Part shown: piece after piece, positions 11,592 through 20,866 of the stretch
Layout: each line of letters opens with the position of its first letter
Numbering within the stretch: position 1 is the stretch's first letter
Assembly (NCBI GenBank): GCA_965214255.1
Contig: OZ243948.1
Span: forward strand, 1,974,803 to 2,038,802
Length of the DNA: 64,000 nt
Direction: 5' to 3'
Source: Alphaproteobacteria bacterium
Lineage (GTDB): Bacteria; Pseudomonadota; Alphaproteobacteria; SMXP01
Translations under genes and position numbers: made by a program
The notes under the pieces: model-generated
Databases searched by the model: none
Seen by the model: the letters and a program-made list of their open reading frames with translations, nothing else
Told to the model about the DNA's origin: nothing

Positions 11592-12457
11592 CCGTCAGGG
11601 GAGATACCCGCGTCGCGGCCGTGATGGGCTTCCCCGTCGAACATTCCCGCTCGCCGCTCATCCATGCCCACTGGCTGGCCCGTTATGAAATAAACGGCGC
11701 CATGATCCCGTTGGAAGTCGCACCTCGAGACCTGGCGTCGGTTCTCTCTCTGTTCGACAAGACGGGTCTGGTCGGGGCCAGCGTCACCCTCCCGCACAAG
11801 GAGGCGGTTTTCGGGCTCGTCGATCCTTTCGACGCCGCGACTCGGGCGGTCGGCGCCGTCAACATGATTACCGTCGACGAGGGCGGCGCTCTGGTCGGCC
11901 GCAATACGGACGGGTTCGGCTTTCTCGAAAACGTCAAATCCGCCTGCCCGGAGTGGGAGATCGGCCGCGGTCATACGGTCGTTTTGGGGGCGGGCGGCGC
12001 CGCGCGGGCGGTCGTCCATGCGCTGGCCCTGGCCGGCGCCCCCGAGATCAGACTGGCCAACAGGACAAAAAAGCGCGCCGCGAAGGTCGCGAAAGATTTG
12101 GCGGGCGTGACCGAGTCGAAGATCCGCGTCGGCGGCTGGTCCGAGAGAGAGACGCTTTTGGCGAACGCCGCCGCCGTCGTCAACGCGACCAGCCTCGGCA
12201 TGACCGGCCAGCCCGCCCTCGACCTCGACCTCGACGCCTTGCCGCCGTCCGCGATGGTCTGCGACATCGTGTACACGCCTCTTGAAACGCCGCTGCTCGC
12301 CCAGGCCCGCGCGCGGGGCAACCCCGTCGTCGACGGCCTCGGCATGTTGATCCATCAGGCCCGCCCCGCATTCCGGGAATGGTTCGGCGTGGATCCGGAC
12401 GTCACGGACGACCTGCGCGGCGAGGTCATCGAAGATCTGGAAACAAAGCGTGATTAG
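11588..12457 (+). CDS. aroE: Shikimate dehydrogenase
   Basis: 289 aa with GFPVEHSRSPLIH and the NADP motif GAGGAARAV. It has an ATGA overlap with maf. Confidence 0.9.
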   Translation: MTVRGDTRVAAVMGFPVEHSRSPLIHAHWLARYEINGAMIPLEVAPRDLASVLSLFDKTGLVGASVTLPHKEAVFGLVDPFDAATRAVGAVNMITVDEGGALVGRNTDGFGFLENVKSACPEWEIGRGHTVVLGAGGAARAVVHALALAGAPEIRLANRTKKRAAKVAKDLAGVTESKIRVGGWSERETLLANAAAVVNATSLGMTGQPALDLDLDALPPSAMVCDIVYTPLETPLLAQARARGNPVVDGLGMLIHQARPAFREWFGVDPDVTDDLRGEVIEDLETKRD

Positions 12458-13052
12458 GATCGGTCTGACAGGCTCCATGGGGACGGGAAAATCGGAGACG
12501 GCGCGGATGTTCGCCGCGGAGGGTGTTCCCGTCTTCGACGCCGACGCGGAGGTCCACAGGCTTTACGACGAGGGCGCGACCGCCGCTCTGGTGGCGGCGG
12601 TCTTTCCGGACGCCGTGAGAGGAGGCCGCGTCGACCGCGCCCGCTTGAGCGACCTCGTAACCCGCGACCCGTCGCTGCTGCCGCGGCTTGAACGCCTCGT
12701 TCACCCCCTTGTGGAGCGCGCCCGCCAACGGGCCGTCGAGGAGGCCGAGGCGTCCGGCGCGGCGGCCATCGTTTTGGATATTCCCCTCCTTTTCGAGACC
12801 GGGCGCGCGTCCGACGTCGATGTCGTCGTCGTCGCCACCGCCCCGCCGGAAACCGCGCGCGCGCGCGTCCTCGCCCGCCCGGGCATGACGGAAGACAAGT
12901 TCGAGGTCATGTGCCGGCGGCAAATGCCCGATGAAGAAAAGAGACGCCGCGCGGATTATGTGGTTTACTCGGACCGGGGCTTCGCGGCGGCCCGGCGTCA
13001 GGTCCGCGGCATCATCGCGAGCGTGAAACGGAAAGGCGGCAGCAGCCCATGA
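12450..13052 (+). CDS. coaE: Dephospho-CoA kinase
   Basis: 200 aa with the P-loop GLTGSMGTGKS. Confidence 0.9.
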   Translation: MIRIGLTGSMGTGKSETARMFAAEGVPVFDADAEVHRLYDEGATAALVAAVFPDAVRGGRVDRARLSDLVTRDPSLLPRLERLVHPLVERARQRAVEEAEASGAAAIVLDIPLLFETGRASDVDVVVVATAPPETARARVLARPGMTEDKFEVMCRRQMPDEEKRRRADYVVYSDRGFAAARRQVRGIIASVKRKGGSSP

Positions 13053-13750
13053 CCACCCTCAATGTCGACCCGCGGGAAATCGTCCTGGATACGGAAACGA
13101 CCGGACTGGACGCCGCTGGCGGCGACCGGATCGTCGAAATCGGCTGCGTCGAGCTGCTCAACCATATTCCGACCGGGAGGACCTATCATACCTACGTCAA
13201 CCCGGAGCGGCCCATGCCCTATGAGGCCCAGGAGGTTCACGGTCTTTCGGAGGCGTTTTTGGCCGACAAGCCGGTTTTTTCCTCGATCGTCGAGGATTTC
13301 TTCGCCTTCACGGGCGACGCCGTCCTGGTCATTCATAACGCGCCGTTCGATTTGGGCTTCCTCAATGCCGAGTGCAAAAGAGCGGACAGGCCCCCGATCC
13401 ACGGTGGACGGACCGTCGACACGCTCGCCCTGGCCCGGCAAAAATTTCCGGGATCGTCCAACTCGCTCGACGCCCTTTGCCGGCGGCTCGAAATCGACGC
13501 CAGCGCCCGCGCCAGGCACAGCGCTCTGGTCGACGCCCGCCTTTTGGCGCAGGTTTACCTGGAGCTTATGGGCGGCCGCCAGCACGGCTTCGACCTCAAT
13601 ACGGCCCCGGCGGCCCCGGCGGACAAGGACCGCGCCGCCCGCCCCCGCCCGCGGCTTTTGCGGCCGCTGCTGACCGACGAGGAGCGTCAGGCCCACCGCG
13701 AATTCGTCGCTGCGAAACTCGGCGCGAAGCCCCTTTGGTCCCGTCGTTAG
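13049..13750 (+). CDS. dnaQ: DNA polymerase III subunit epsilon (3'-5' exonuclease)
   Basis: 233 aa with Exo motifs VLDTETTGLD, VIHNAPFDLGFL and HSALVDARLLAQVY. Confidence 0.9.
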   Translation: MTTLNVDPREIVLDTETTGLDAAGGDRIVEIGCVELLNHIPTGRTYHTYVNPERPMPYEAQEVHGLSEAFLADKPVFSSIVEDFFAFTGDAVLVIHNAPFDLGFLNAECKRADRPPIHGGRTVDTLALARQKFPGSSNSLDALCRRLEIDASARARHSALVDARLLAQVYLELMGGRQHGFDLNTAPAAPADKDRAARPRPRLLRPLLTDEERQAHREFVAAKLGAKPLWSRR

Positions 13751-14289
13751 CTCTTGGTCTTCCCCGCGCGTTCGGTCGATGGCTCGTCTTGCCGCTTCGT
13801 CTCGGCCGCGAGTTGCCTTTGATAAAGCGCGACGAAGTCGATCGGGTCGATCATCAGCGGCGGGAACCCGCCGTCCCGCGTCGCGTCCGCCAAGACCCGC
13901 CGGGCGAAGGGAAAGAGAAGCCGCGGACATTCGATAAGGACCACCGGCTGGAGTTGCTCCGCCGGAATGTTGGACAGTTGAAACAGGCCCCCATAGCTGA
14001 GTTCCACGATAAAGGCGACGTCCTTGTCCCGTTTCGCGGTCGCGGCGATCTTGAGATCGACTTCGAACTCCGTATCGCCGCGGCGCGCGGCCTGAACGTC
14101 GACCGATATGTCGATCTTGGGAGAGCCGGCCCCGCCGGCCAGCGCCGCCGGCGCGTTCGGGTTCTCGAAGGAGAGATCTTTCACGTACTGGGCCAGCAAT
14201 CGAAGCTGCGGTTGGGTTTCGCCGCCGCCCTCCGGCTGCGCGCCGCCGTTTCCCTGCCGCCCCGTCGTCGGCCGTTCGTCGCTCGCCAT
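13747..14289 (-). CDS. secB: Protein-export chaperone SecB
   Basis: It has the SecB core LAQYVKDLSFENPNAP...PFARR. The ORF track extends to 14421. The ATG at 14289 (MASDERP) gives ~180 aa. Confidence 0.9.
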   Translation of the reverse strand: MASDERPTTGRQGNGGAQPEGGGETQPQLRLLAQYVKDLSFENPNAPAALAGGAGSPKIDISVDVQAARRGDTEFEVDLKIAATAKRDKDVAFIVELSYGGLFQLSNIPAEQLQPVVLIECPRLLFPFARRVLADATRDGGFPPLMIDPIDFVALYQRQLAAETKRQDEPSTERAGKTKS

Positions 14290-14593
14290 GTCACTTCGCC
14301 TCTCAACGGCCCCGGCGCGCTTGCGCGCCGCCCTGTGGCTATCATGTCCGCCGTTCCGAGACAAGCCGCCCCCGCCCCCGCGCTTTTTGCCGCCCGTCAG
14401 TTGTCTTGGCGGCGCCCGCACCTTAAATAAATAGTGAAAACGACCTAAACAGGCCGCGGCGACATGGACCTTTACGTGGTCTTGGCGTTAAAGTGGACGC
14501 GGCGCCGTGTCGCGCATCGTGTCGCGCATGAAGAGACTTCGAAAACGCGGCGGCGCCATGCGGTATGAGTGACAGGTGAAGGGTTCCCCCGGG

Positions 14594-15298
14594 ATGAGCG
14601 GATTTCAGTTTGTCGATATTCTTTTGCTGGCCATGATCGCGGGCTTTATCGTGCTTCGGCTGCGCGGCGTCTTGGGCCGCCGCACCGGCAACGAGCGCCC
14701 GCCGCGCGAGCGCTTCTCGCGCCGGGACGTCGAAAAAAAGGCCGAAGGCGGCCGGCCGCTCCCGCCGGGGCGGGACTCCGTCGACGCGCCCGCGCAAGGC
14801 CCGTCCCCTCTGCCCGACATCGAAAAGTTCGCCCCGCCGGGCTCGCCCGTCGCCGCCGGCCTTCTGGAAGTCAGGGAGGCCGACCGCTTTTTCGACCCCG
14901 ATCAGTTTCTGGAAGGCGCGAAGGGCGCTTACGAAATGATCGTGGACGCCTTCGCCGCCGGAGACCGGCGGTCCCTGCGCCCCCTGTTGGCCGATGAGGT
15001 TTACGACAGTTTCGACTCGGTGATCGACCGCAGAGAGCGCGACGCGCTTGTCGTGGACTCCAGCTTCGTCGGCATCGAGAAAGCGGAAATCCTCGCGGCC
15101 TCGCTCAAGGAAAAAATCGCCGAGATCAGCGTGAAATTCATAAGCGAGATCATCTCGGCGACGAAGAACGCCGACGGCGCCGTCGTCGAAGGCGACCCGA
15201 ACGCCGTGAGGCGCGTGACGGACATTTGGACGTTCGCGCGCGATACCCGCAGCTCCAATCCGAATTGGATGCTGGTGGCCACGGCGGCGGGCGGTTAG
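14594..15298 (+). CDS. Tim44-domain membrane protein
   Basis: It has an N-terminal TM helix (FVDILLLAMIAGFIVL) and a C-terminal Tim44-like domain. It shows the conserved secB/Tim44-like/mltA synteny. The start is either ATG 14594 or GTG 14576. Confidence 0.8.
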   Translation: MSGFQFVDILLLAMIAGFIVLRLRGVLGRRTGNERPPRERFSRRDVEKKAEGGRPLPPGRDSVDAPAQGPSPLPDIEKFAPPGSPVAAGLLEVREADRFFDPDQFLEGAKGAYEMIVDAFAAGDRRSLRPLLADEVYDSFDSVIDRRERDALVVDSSFVGIEKAEILAASLKEKIAEISVKFISEIISATKNADGAVVEGDPNAVRRVTDIWTFARDTRSSNPNWMLVATAAGG

Positions 15299-15322
15299 CC
15301 GCCGGCTCCGGGCGCGGCGCCC

Positions 15323-16567
15323 ATGGCCAACCGGACCCTTGTCGGCGGCGCGCTGTGCGCGGCGGCGGTCGCCGCGGTTTTCGGGCTGGCCCTCGTCGGC
15401 GCGTGGATGAGCCGCTCCGATCTTTCGGATCTCCCGGACATGCGCGTGCGCGCGTTGTCGTTCGCGCGCCTGCCGGGCTGGGACGCCGACGCCCAGGGAC
15501 AGACCCTTCCCGCGTTCATCCGCGCCTGCGGCCGGCTGAGCGGACGCGACCCCCGCGCCGCGCTCGGCGTTCATGTGCGCTCCGAACGGCTGAACGACCT
15601 GTTCGGGACCGTGGAGGACTGGCGCGCCGTTTGCGCCGCGGCGGGACGGATCGACCACCGGGACACCGCCGCCGCGCGGCGCTTCTTCGAAACCTGGTTC
15701 GTCCCGGTCCGGATCCGTGAATCGGCGCGGCGCGCGGGTCTTCTGACCGGATATTACGAGCCCCGGCTCGAGGGCAGCCGCCGCCGCAGCGCCGCCTTCC
15801 CCGTGCCGCTTCTGCGCCGTCCGCCGGACCTCGTTCAGGTCGAGCTTGGAGATTTCAGCGGCGACCTGAAGGGCGAGCGCGTCTCCGGGCGCGTCGTCGA
15901 CCGCAGACTGCGGCCTTACCACACCCGCGCCCAAATCCGCGCCGGCTCGCTGGACATGGAGGCCCTGGCCCTCGCCTGGGTCGACGATCCGGTGGACGCC
16001 TTTTTTCTTCAGATACAGGGCAGCGGGCGCGTCGTTCTGCGCGACGGCAGCGTTCTGCGGGTCGGATTCGCCGGTCAGAACGGTCATGCCTATTCCGCGA
16101 TAGGCCGGATACTGGTCGAGCGCGGCGCGCTGGCGCTCGAAGACGTTTCGATGCAGAGCATCCGCGCCTGGCTCGACGACCACCCCGATGAGGCCGAGGC
16201 GTTGATGGACGCCAACCGCTCCTACGTGTTTTTCAGAGAAATTCCCGTCTCGAATCCGTCGCTTGGCCCTTTGGGGGCGCAGGGCGTCCCGCTCACCCCT
16301 GAGCGAAGTCTGGCGGTGGACCGCCGCTACTATGCCCTGGGTCTGCCGTTCTGGCTCGATGCCGCGGTCTCGACGCCCGAGACGGGCGCCCGCGCGCTGC
16401 GGCGCCTCGTCGTCGCGCAGGATACGGGCGGCGCGATCAGAGGCGCGCAAAGAGGGGACTATTTCGTGGGCTTCGGCGACGAGGCCGGCGAAACCGCGGG
16501 CCGCATGCGCGCGGAGGCGCGGTTTTACGCCCTCGTCCTGCGCGCGCTTGCCGGGCGCCGTCTATGA
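15323..16567 (+). CDS. mltA: Murein transglycosylase A (MltA family)
   Basis: 414 aa with a signal/TM N-terminus, the MltA domain and a C-terminal 3D domain (AQDTGGAIRG...RGDYFVGFG). Confidence 0.85.
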   Translation: MANRTLVGGALCAAAVAAVFGLALVGAWMSRSDLSDLPDMRVRALSFARLPGWDADAQGQTLPAFIRACGRLSGRDPRAALGVHVRSERLNDLFGTVEDWRAVCAAAGRIDHRDTAAARRFFETWFVPVRIRESARRAGLLTGYYEPRLEGSRRRSAAFPVPLLRRPPDLVQVELGDFSGDLKGERVSGRVVDRRLRPYHTRAQIRAGSLDMEALALAWVDDPVDAFFLQIQGSGRVVLRDGSVLRVGFAGQNGHAYSAIGRILVERGALALEDVSMQSIRAWLDDHPDEAEALMDANRSYVFFREIPVSNPSLGPLGAQGVPLTPERSLAVDRRYYALGLPFWLDAAVSTPETGARALRRLVVAQDTGGAIRGAQRGDYFVGFGDEAGETAGRMRAEARFYALVLRALAGRRL

Positions 16568-16577
16568 CGGCGGCCCG

Positions 16578-17474
16578 TCACGGCTTGTCCGGCCCTATTC
16601 GAGACAGGAACTCGGGCGCGCCCGCGACGCCGGGGCGCAGGCGGTAAAGCGCGCCGGCCCCGGGGCCGCGGGTTTCCCGCCCGCCCTCGCTTATGGTCGT
16701 CACATAGAGTTCGTCCATGGCCTCGCCGCCGAAACCGACGCTGGAGACCATGTCGCACGGGAAGTCTATGGACAGCATCTTCTCGCCGTCCGGGGAATAG
16801 CGATGAACCTGGCCGGTCAGGACCCGCGCCGACCACACGCAGCCGTCCGCGTCGACGGTCATGCCGTCGGGCAGGCCGTCGGCGTCCGGGTCGTCGGTGC
16901 GGACGAAGTCGCGCCCGTTGCCGATGGCCCCGGAGTCCCGGTCGTAATCGAAAAGCCGGATCGCCCCGCTCGGGGTGTCGGTGTAGTACAGGCCGGTCAG
17001 ATCCGGCGTGAAGCCGAGGCCGTTGGAAATGCCGACTCCGTCGAGCAGTTTCACGACCGCGCCGTCGAGGTCGAGGCGGTAAAGGCTGCCGAGGGACTGC
17101 CGCGCCATGGCTCGTCCCGCATCCTTGCACATCGTCCCGCAGAAGACGCGGCCGTTCGGGTCGGCGATGACGTCGTTGAAGCGGTTGCCCCGTTCGCCGG
17201 GAAGCTCGTCGATCACGATGTCGAGCTTGCCGCCGCGCAGCACGCCGACCCTGCCGTGCTCCATGAACATGAGCAGCGCGCCGTCGGCCTGAAAGGTAAA
17301 TCCGCCGATCATCCCGCCCGCGTCGAACACCGGCTCGCGCCGCCCCGCGAGCGGGTCGTACCGGTATACCCGGCCTTGGGTGATATCGCCCCAATACAGC
17401 CGTTTTTCCGTCGGGTGCCACAACGGGTTTTCCCCCGTCTCGTCCATGGAATCGACAATCATTTCCGGCTGCAT
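16578..17474 (-). CDS. SMP-30/gluconolactonase/LRE-family beta-propeller protein
   Basis: It has SMP-30-type repeats (ENPLWHP..RLYWGDI..GRVYRYDP; NGLGFTPD; DGMTVDADG). I prefer the ATG at 17474 (MQPEMIVD). The upstream part of the track ORF is a translation of the junction cassette. Confidence 0.85.
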   Translation of the reverse strand: MQPEMIVDSMDETGENPLWHPTEKRLYWGDITQGRVYRYDPLAGRREPVFDAGGMIGGFTFQADGALLMFMEHGRVGVLRGGKLDIVIDELPGERGNRFNDVIADPNGRVFCGTMCKDAGRAMARQSLGSLYRLDLDGAVVKLLDGVGISNGLGFTPDLTGLYYTDTPSGAIRLFDYDRDSGAIGNGRDFVRTDDPDADGLPDGMTVDADGCVWSARVLTGQVHRYSPDGEKMLSIDFPCDMVSSVGFGGEAMDELYVTTISEGGRETRGPGAGALYRLRPGVAGAPEFLSRIGPDKP

Positions 17475-17527
17475 GGCTTTCGTCTCCGATGACGCGAACG
17501 GCTCGTCGTGCCGACGGGCCGCCGCCC

Positions 17528-17586
17528 GCTCTTGCCCGTGCGGGCAGGACATAGTACCAGACATCAGGCACTGGACAGGGGGCGTC
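17528..17586 (+). promoter_or_regulatory. Junction-cassette core, partial copy 0 (dyad TGCCCG-tg-CGGGCA plus GGACATAGTACCAGACAT), in the divergent SMP-30/island promoter region
   Basis: The dyad is at 17533-17546 and the GGACATAGTACCAGACAT repeat at 17547-17564. The same block recurs at 20979, 23849, 28396 and 30859. Its function is unknown; a promoter or operator role is inference. Confidence 0.35.
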
Positions 17587-18888
17587 ATGAACGAAACCGC
17601 ACCGCCCGCGACCGCATCTTCCGGCGGACCCTCCGCCGCCCGAAAACTGTCGCTGTTATATCTGCCGGGGTTTCATGAGGTCGAGAAGCTGGAAGACCAG
17701 TACGCCCGCATGCTCTGGTACGTTTCTCCCATGTTGGAGGACGTGGGGACGATTTCTCTGGCGACGGGGTTCGACCCTCCCGCCGCGTTGGCGCTCCCGG
17801 ACTATGCCGACCCCGCGGTCGCCGACCTGAAAGACGGTTTCGAGGGGCTCATCGAGTATTTCGACGCGGACGACCTCGACGCCTGGCGGCGGCGTCTGGA
17901 TGCGGCGGACGTCGTCCTCCACTGGGACACGGCCTCGCCCTTTTCCCGAAGACAGGACATCAAGTCCGCGCTTGCCGCCAAGACAGTCTACCCGGTCGAT
18001 CCGCAGAACCAGCGCCGCGAAGGCTCCTTCTACATCTTTCTCTCCCGCGACCACAACGGCGCCGCCCGCCAAGACCTGGCGGCGTCCCGGGACAAGTTCG
18101 CGGGGATGCTCGACGACATCGGCCGCCATGACAAGGCGTACGTGTTCGGCACCGGCCCGTCTCTGGGTCGGGTCATGGACATGGACCTGTCCGACGGCGT
18201 GGCCGTCGCCTGCAACAGCATGGTCAGGAACCGCCCCCTTATGAGACACCTGCGCCCGAAGATCATCGCTCTCGCCGACCCCATATTCCATGCGGGGTTT
18301 TCCCGCTACGCCGGCGTCTTCCGGCGGCATCTGTACGAGGCGCTGGACGACCACGGCTGTTATCTGGTGGTCTTGTTCCGCGACTACCGGCTCTACATGC
18401 GCCATCTTCCCCCCCGGTTTCGGGACCGGCTCATCGGCATCCCCCTCCGCAAGAGCGAAACCCCGAACCTGTGTCTTTCGGACGATTTCAACGTCACCGC
18501 CGCTTTGAACGTCCTGACGCTGCTGCTGCTCCCCCTGGCGTGCACCCTGGCCGGAGAGGTGAACATCGCCGGCTGCGACGGGCGAAAGCTCGAAGACGAC
18601 CGATATTTCTGGGACCACCACCGGGAGTCGCAGATCAACGACGAGATGGACTCCATCAAAAAAGCGCACCCGTCCTTTTTCGACAAGGTCGACTACAACG
18701 ATTACTATCGCGAGCATGTCGCGGTGCTCGAAAAGTGGCTGACCGCGGGAGAGGAAACAGGCAAAGTGTTCCGCAACCTGACGCCGTCGCATATTCCCTG
18801 TCTCGAAAGCAGGTCGAAACCGCCCTCCCTCCTGTCGCGGTCGCTCGCGCGTCTTGGCGCCCTCGCCGCGCTTGTGCGAAAGTCGTAA
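17587..18888 (+). CDS. DUF115 / MptE-like (Maf-type) putative glycosyl- or nonulosonate-transferase, stand-alone copy
   Basis: 433 aa from the ATG at 17587 (MNETAPP). It has a DUF115-like core KAYVFGTGPSLGRV...VAVACNSMV...PKIIALADP. It is near-identical to the C-terminal 415 aa of the 21091-23739 ORF. The family call comes from motif recollection, not from a search. Confidence 0.65.
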   Translation: MNETAPPATASSGGPSAARKLSLLYLPGFHEVEKLEDQYARMLWYVSPMLEDVGTISLATGFDPPAALALPDYADPAVADLKDGFEGLIEYFDADDLDAWRRRLDAADVVLHWDTASPFSRRQDIKSALAAKTVYPVDPQNQRREGSFYIFLSRDHNGAARQDLAASRDKFAGMLDDIGRHDKAYVFGTGPSLGRVMDMDLSDGVAVACNSMVRNRPLMRHLRPKIIALADPIFHAGFSRYAGVFRRHLYEALDDHGCYLVVLFRDYRLYMRHLPPRFRDRLIGIPLRKSETPNLCLSDDFNVTAALNVLTLLLLPLACTLAGEVNIAGCDGRKLEDDRYFWDHHRESQINDEMDSIKKAHPSFFDKVDYNDYYREHVAVLEKWLTAGEETGKVFRNLTPSHIPCLESRSKPPSLLSRSLARLGALAALVRKS

Positions 18889-18898
18889 AGATAAAGTC

Positions 18899-20866
18899 AT
18901 GAAGATCATGGACAACGACCGGGAGCCGGAGGCGGCGAAGATGACGAAGCGGGCGCCGTCCCCCGTCAAGGAGACGGGCGGGTTGAAAGACTTGCTGCGC
19001 TGGCCCGTCCGCCCGTTCGCGCGGACATGGCTGACGAGCCCGACCGTCGCCGTTCTCGCTCTCGGCCTGGGCCTGACCTTCGCGGGGCTGTCCGACGCAG
19101 CGTGGAGCATGTGGCTCGACATGTGGCTCACCGGCGCGGGGTTGGCTCTCGTCGGGTTCGTCATCGTCAAGGAGGGCCTCCTTTGGCGCTGGATGGACAG
19201 ACGGTTGCGGGCCGAGGAACGCGAGCATGCGGCCAAGGCGCTTGCGGACGAGCGCAGCCGCACGGCGCAGGAGTTGACGAAGAGGCTGGCGCAAGCGCTG
19301 GCCGAGGAACGCGCACGCTCGGATCGGGCGTTGACGGAGTCGCTGGCGGCGGAGCGCGAGCATGCGGCCAAGGCGCTTGCGGACGATCGCGCCCGCGCGG
19401 CCAAAGCGCTGGCCGAGGAACGCGACCGTGCGGGGCAGGAGTTGACGAAGACGTTGGCAGAGGCTCTGGCGGAGGAGCGCGCCCGTGCGGAGCAGGAGTT
19501 GGCGAAGACGTTGGCGCAAGCGCTGGCCGAGGAACGCGCACGCTCGGATCGGGCGTTGACGGAGTCGCTGGCGGCGGAGCGCGAACATGCGGCCAAGGCG
19601 CTTGCGGACGATCGCGCCCGCGCGGCCAAAGCGCTGGCCGAGGAACGCGACCGTGCGGGGCAGGAGTTGACGAAGACGTTGGCGGCGGAACGCGCCCGCG
19701 CGGATCGGGCGTTAACGGAGTCGTTGGCGACGGAACGCCGCCGCGCGAGGCGGGAGTTGACCAAGGCGCTGGCGGCGGAGCGCCGCGCCGCGGGGCGGGC
19801 GTCGACGGAGGCGCCCGGCCAACCCGCAATCACCGTCGGCGTCGCCTGTTACAACGCCGCCCCCTATCTCGAACAGTGCATCGGCTCGCTGCTCAAACAG
19901 ACCTTCGGCGACTTCGAGATCGTCGCCGTCGACGACGGCTCGACGGACGACACCGCGGCGATACTGGACGAGTTCGCGCGGACAAGCGACCGGCTGCGCG
20001 TGTTTCACCAGGGCAACGAGGGGCCGGGCCCCGCCAGGAACCTCATTCTCGAAGCGGCCCGGGGCGAATATATCACCTTCGTGGACGCCGACGACTGGCT
20101 GGCGCCCCACTGTCTCGAAGCGGTCCATGACCGCGCCGTTCGCGACGATCTGGACATCCTGTGTTTCGGCTGGGTTCTTGTCGACCATGACGGCGGCGGC
20201 AAGATCGCGCGCCGGTCGGATTACAAGAAGCTCCGCTTCGACCGCCCCGACGAGATGCGGCGGCATGCCTTTGCCGGGCGGATCAAAGCGATAGGCTGCG
20301 CCTCGCTGGTCCGCGCCGCCCTGTTCCATGACCACGGCCTGCGCTATCCGGCCTGTTGGCATGAAGACATGTCCGTGACGCCTTTTCTGTATTTCTACGC
20401 GCAGCGGCACGGATATCTGGACGACGAGTTGTATTTTTGGCGCAAGAGACCGGAGTCGATCACCCACCGCGCGGTCGGCAAGGACCATATCGACGGCATG
20501 ATCGGGGCGTTCCATGAATGGAAGACCCGCCTATTGAGCGAAGGCCGGTTCGACGACTTTCGCGCCTCGTTCGTTGCCGGCGTTTTTGCCTACATGTCCT
20601 ACTTGCTCGGACGCATCGAGGATTCGGATGTCGACCCCGCCCCCCTGGTCGCGTATTTGAGGAACGAAGCGGCGGCGTTCCCGGAGTTGAGGAAATATCG
20701 ACAATATCTTCCCCCCGAGGAAATCCAAGATTACGCGAAGGTGATAGAGACCCTGGTGGACAACGGTCAGGCCGCGTCTGCCGTCTCCGCGCCCTCGCGG
20801 CGTCGGGGACGGGCGGCCGCTGAAAAAGATGTCCGGTCGCCCCCCCCCGCATTGAGCGGCGATTGA
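18899..20866 (+). CDS. Membrane hairpin - 208-aa helical stalk - GT2 glycosyltransferase
   Basis: 655 aa from the ATG at 18899 (MKIMDND). Two predicted TM helices are LTSPTVAVLALGLGLTFAGL and LTGAGLALVGFVIV. An E/R/A-rich repeat runs aa 100-307. The GT2 core has ITVGVACYN...VAVDDGSTDDT...FVDADDW. Confidence 0.85.
   Translation: MKIMDNDREPEAAKMTKRAPSPVKETGGLKDLLRWPVRPFARTWLTSPTVAVLALGLGLTFAGLSDAAWSMWLDMWLTGAGLALVGFVIVKEGLLWRWMDRRLRAEEREHAAKALADERSRTAQELTKRLAQALAEERARSDRALTESLAAEREHAAKALADDRARAAKALAEERDRAGQELTKTLAEALAEERARAEQELAKTLAQALAEERARSDRALTESLAAEREHAAKALADDRARAAKALAEERDRAGQELTKTLAAERARADRALTESLATERRRARRELTKALAAERRAAGRASTEAPGQPAITVGVACYNAAPYLEQCIGSLLKQTFGDFEIVAVDDGSTDDTAAILDEFARTSDRLRVFHQGNEGPGPARNLILEAARGEYITFVDADDWLAPHCLEAVHDRAVRDDLDILCFGWVLVDHDGGGKIARRSDYKKLRFDRPDEMRRHAFAGRIKAIGCASLVRAALFHDHGLRYPACWHEDMSVTPFLYFYAQRHGYLDDELYFWRKRPESITHRAVGKDHIDGMIGAFHEWKTRLLSEGRFDDFRASFVAGVFAYMSYLLGRIEDSDVDPAPLVAYLRNEAAAFPELRKYRQYLPPEEIQDYAKVIETLVDNGQAASAVSAPSRRRGRAAAEKDVRSPPPALSGD
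19196..19819 (+). repeat. Stalk-coding repeat region (11/15/19-residue ER-x-R-A units), with a 225-bp tandem duplication
   Basis: Positions 19291-19458 match 19516-19683 with a single mismatch. The offset is 225 bp, or 75 aa (15+11+11+19+19). Confidence 0.9.
20840..20848 (+). repeat. Homopolymeric C9 tract (in the 3' tail of the 18899-20866 ORF)
   Basis: Read directly as ccggtcg-C9-gc. It is homologous to the ccggtcg-Cn context of the cassettes at 28373 and 30808. Confidence 0.9.

Noticed and set aside
17656-19833. Long minus-strand ORFs running through the stalk repeats (17656-19833, 24932-26221, 28178-29680), with SARS/RARS-type repeats.
   Set aside because: They are the reverse-complement reading of the E/R/A-rich stalk repeats. 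They have no start context or domain content, and the plus frame carries the TM and GT2 homology.
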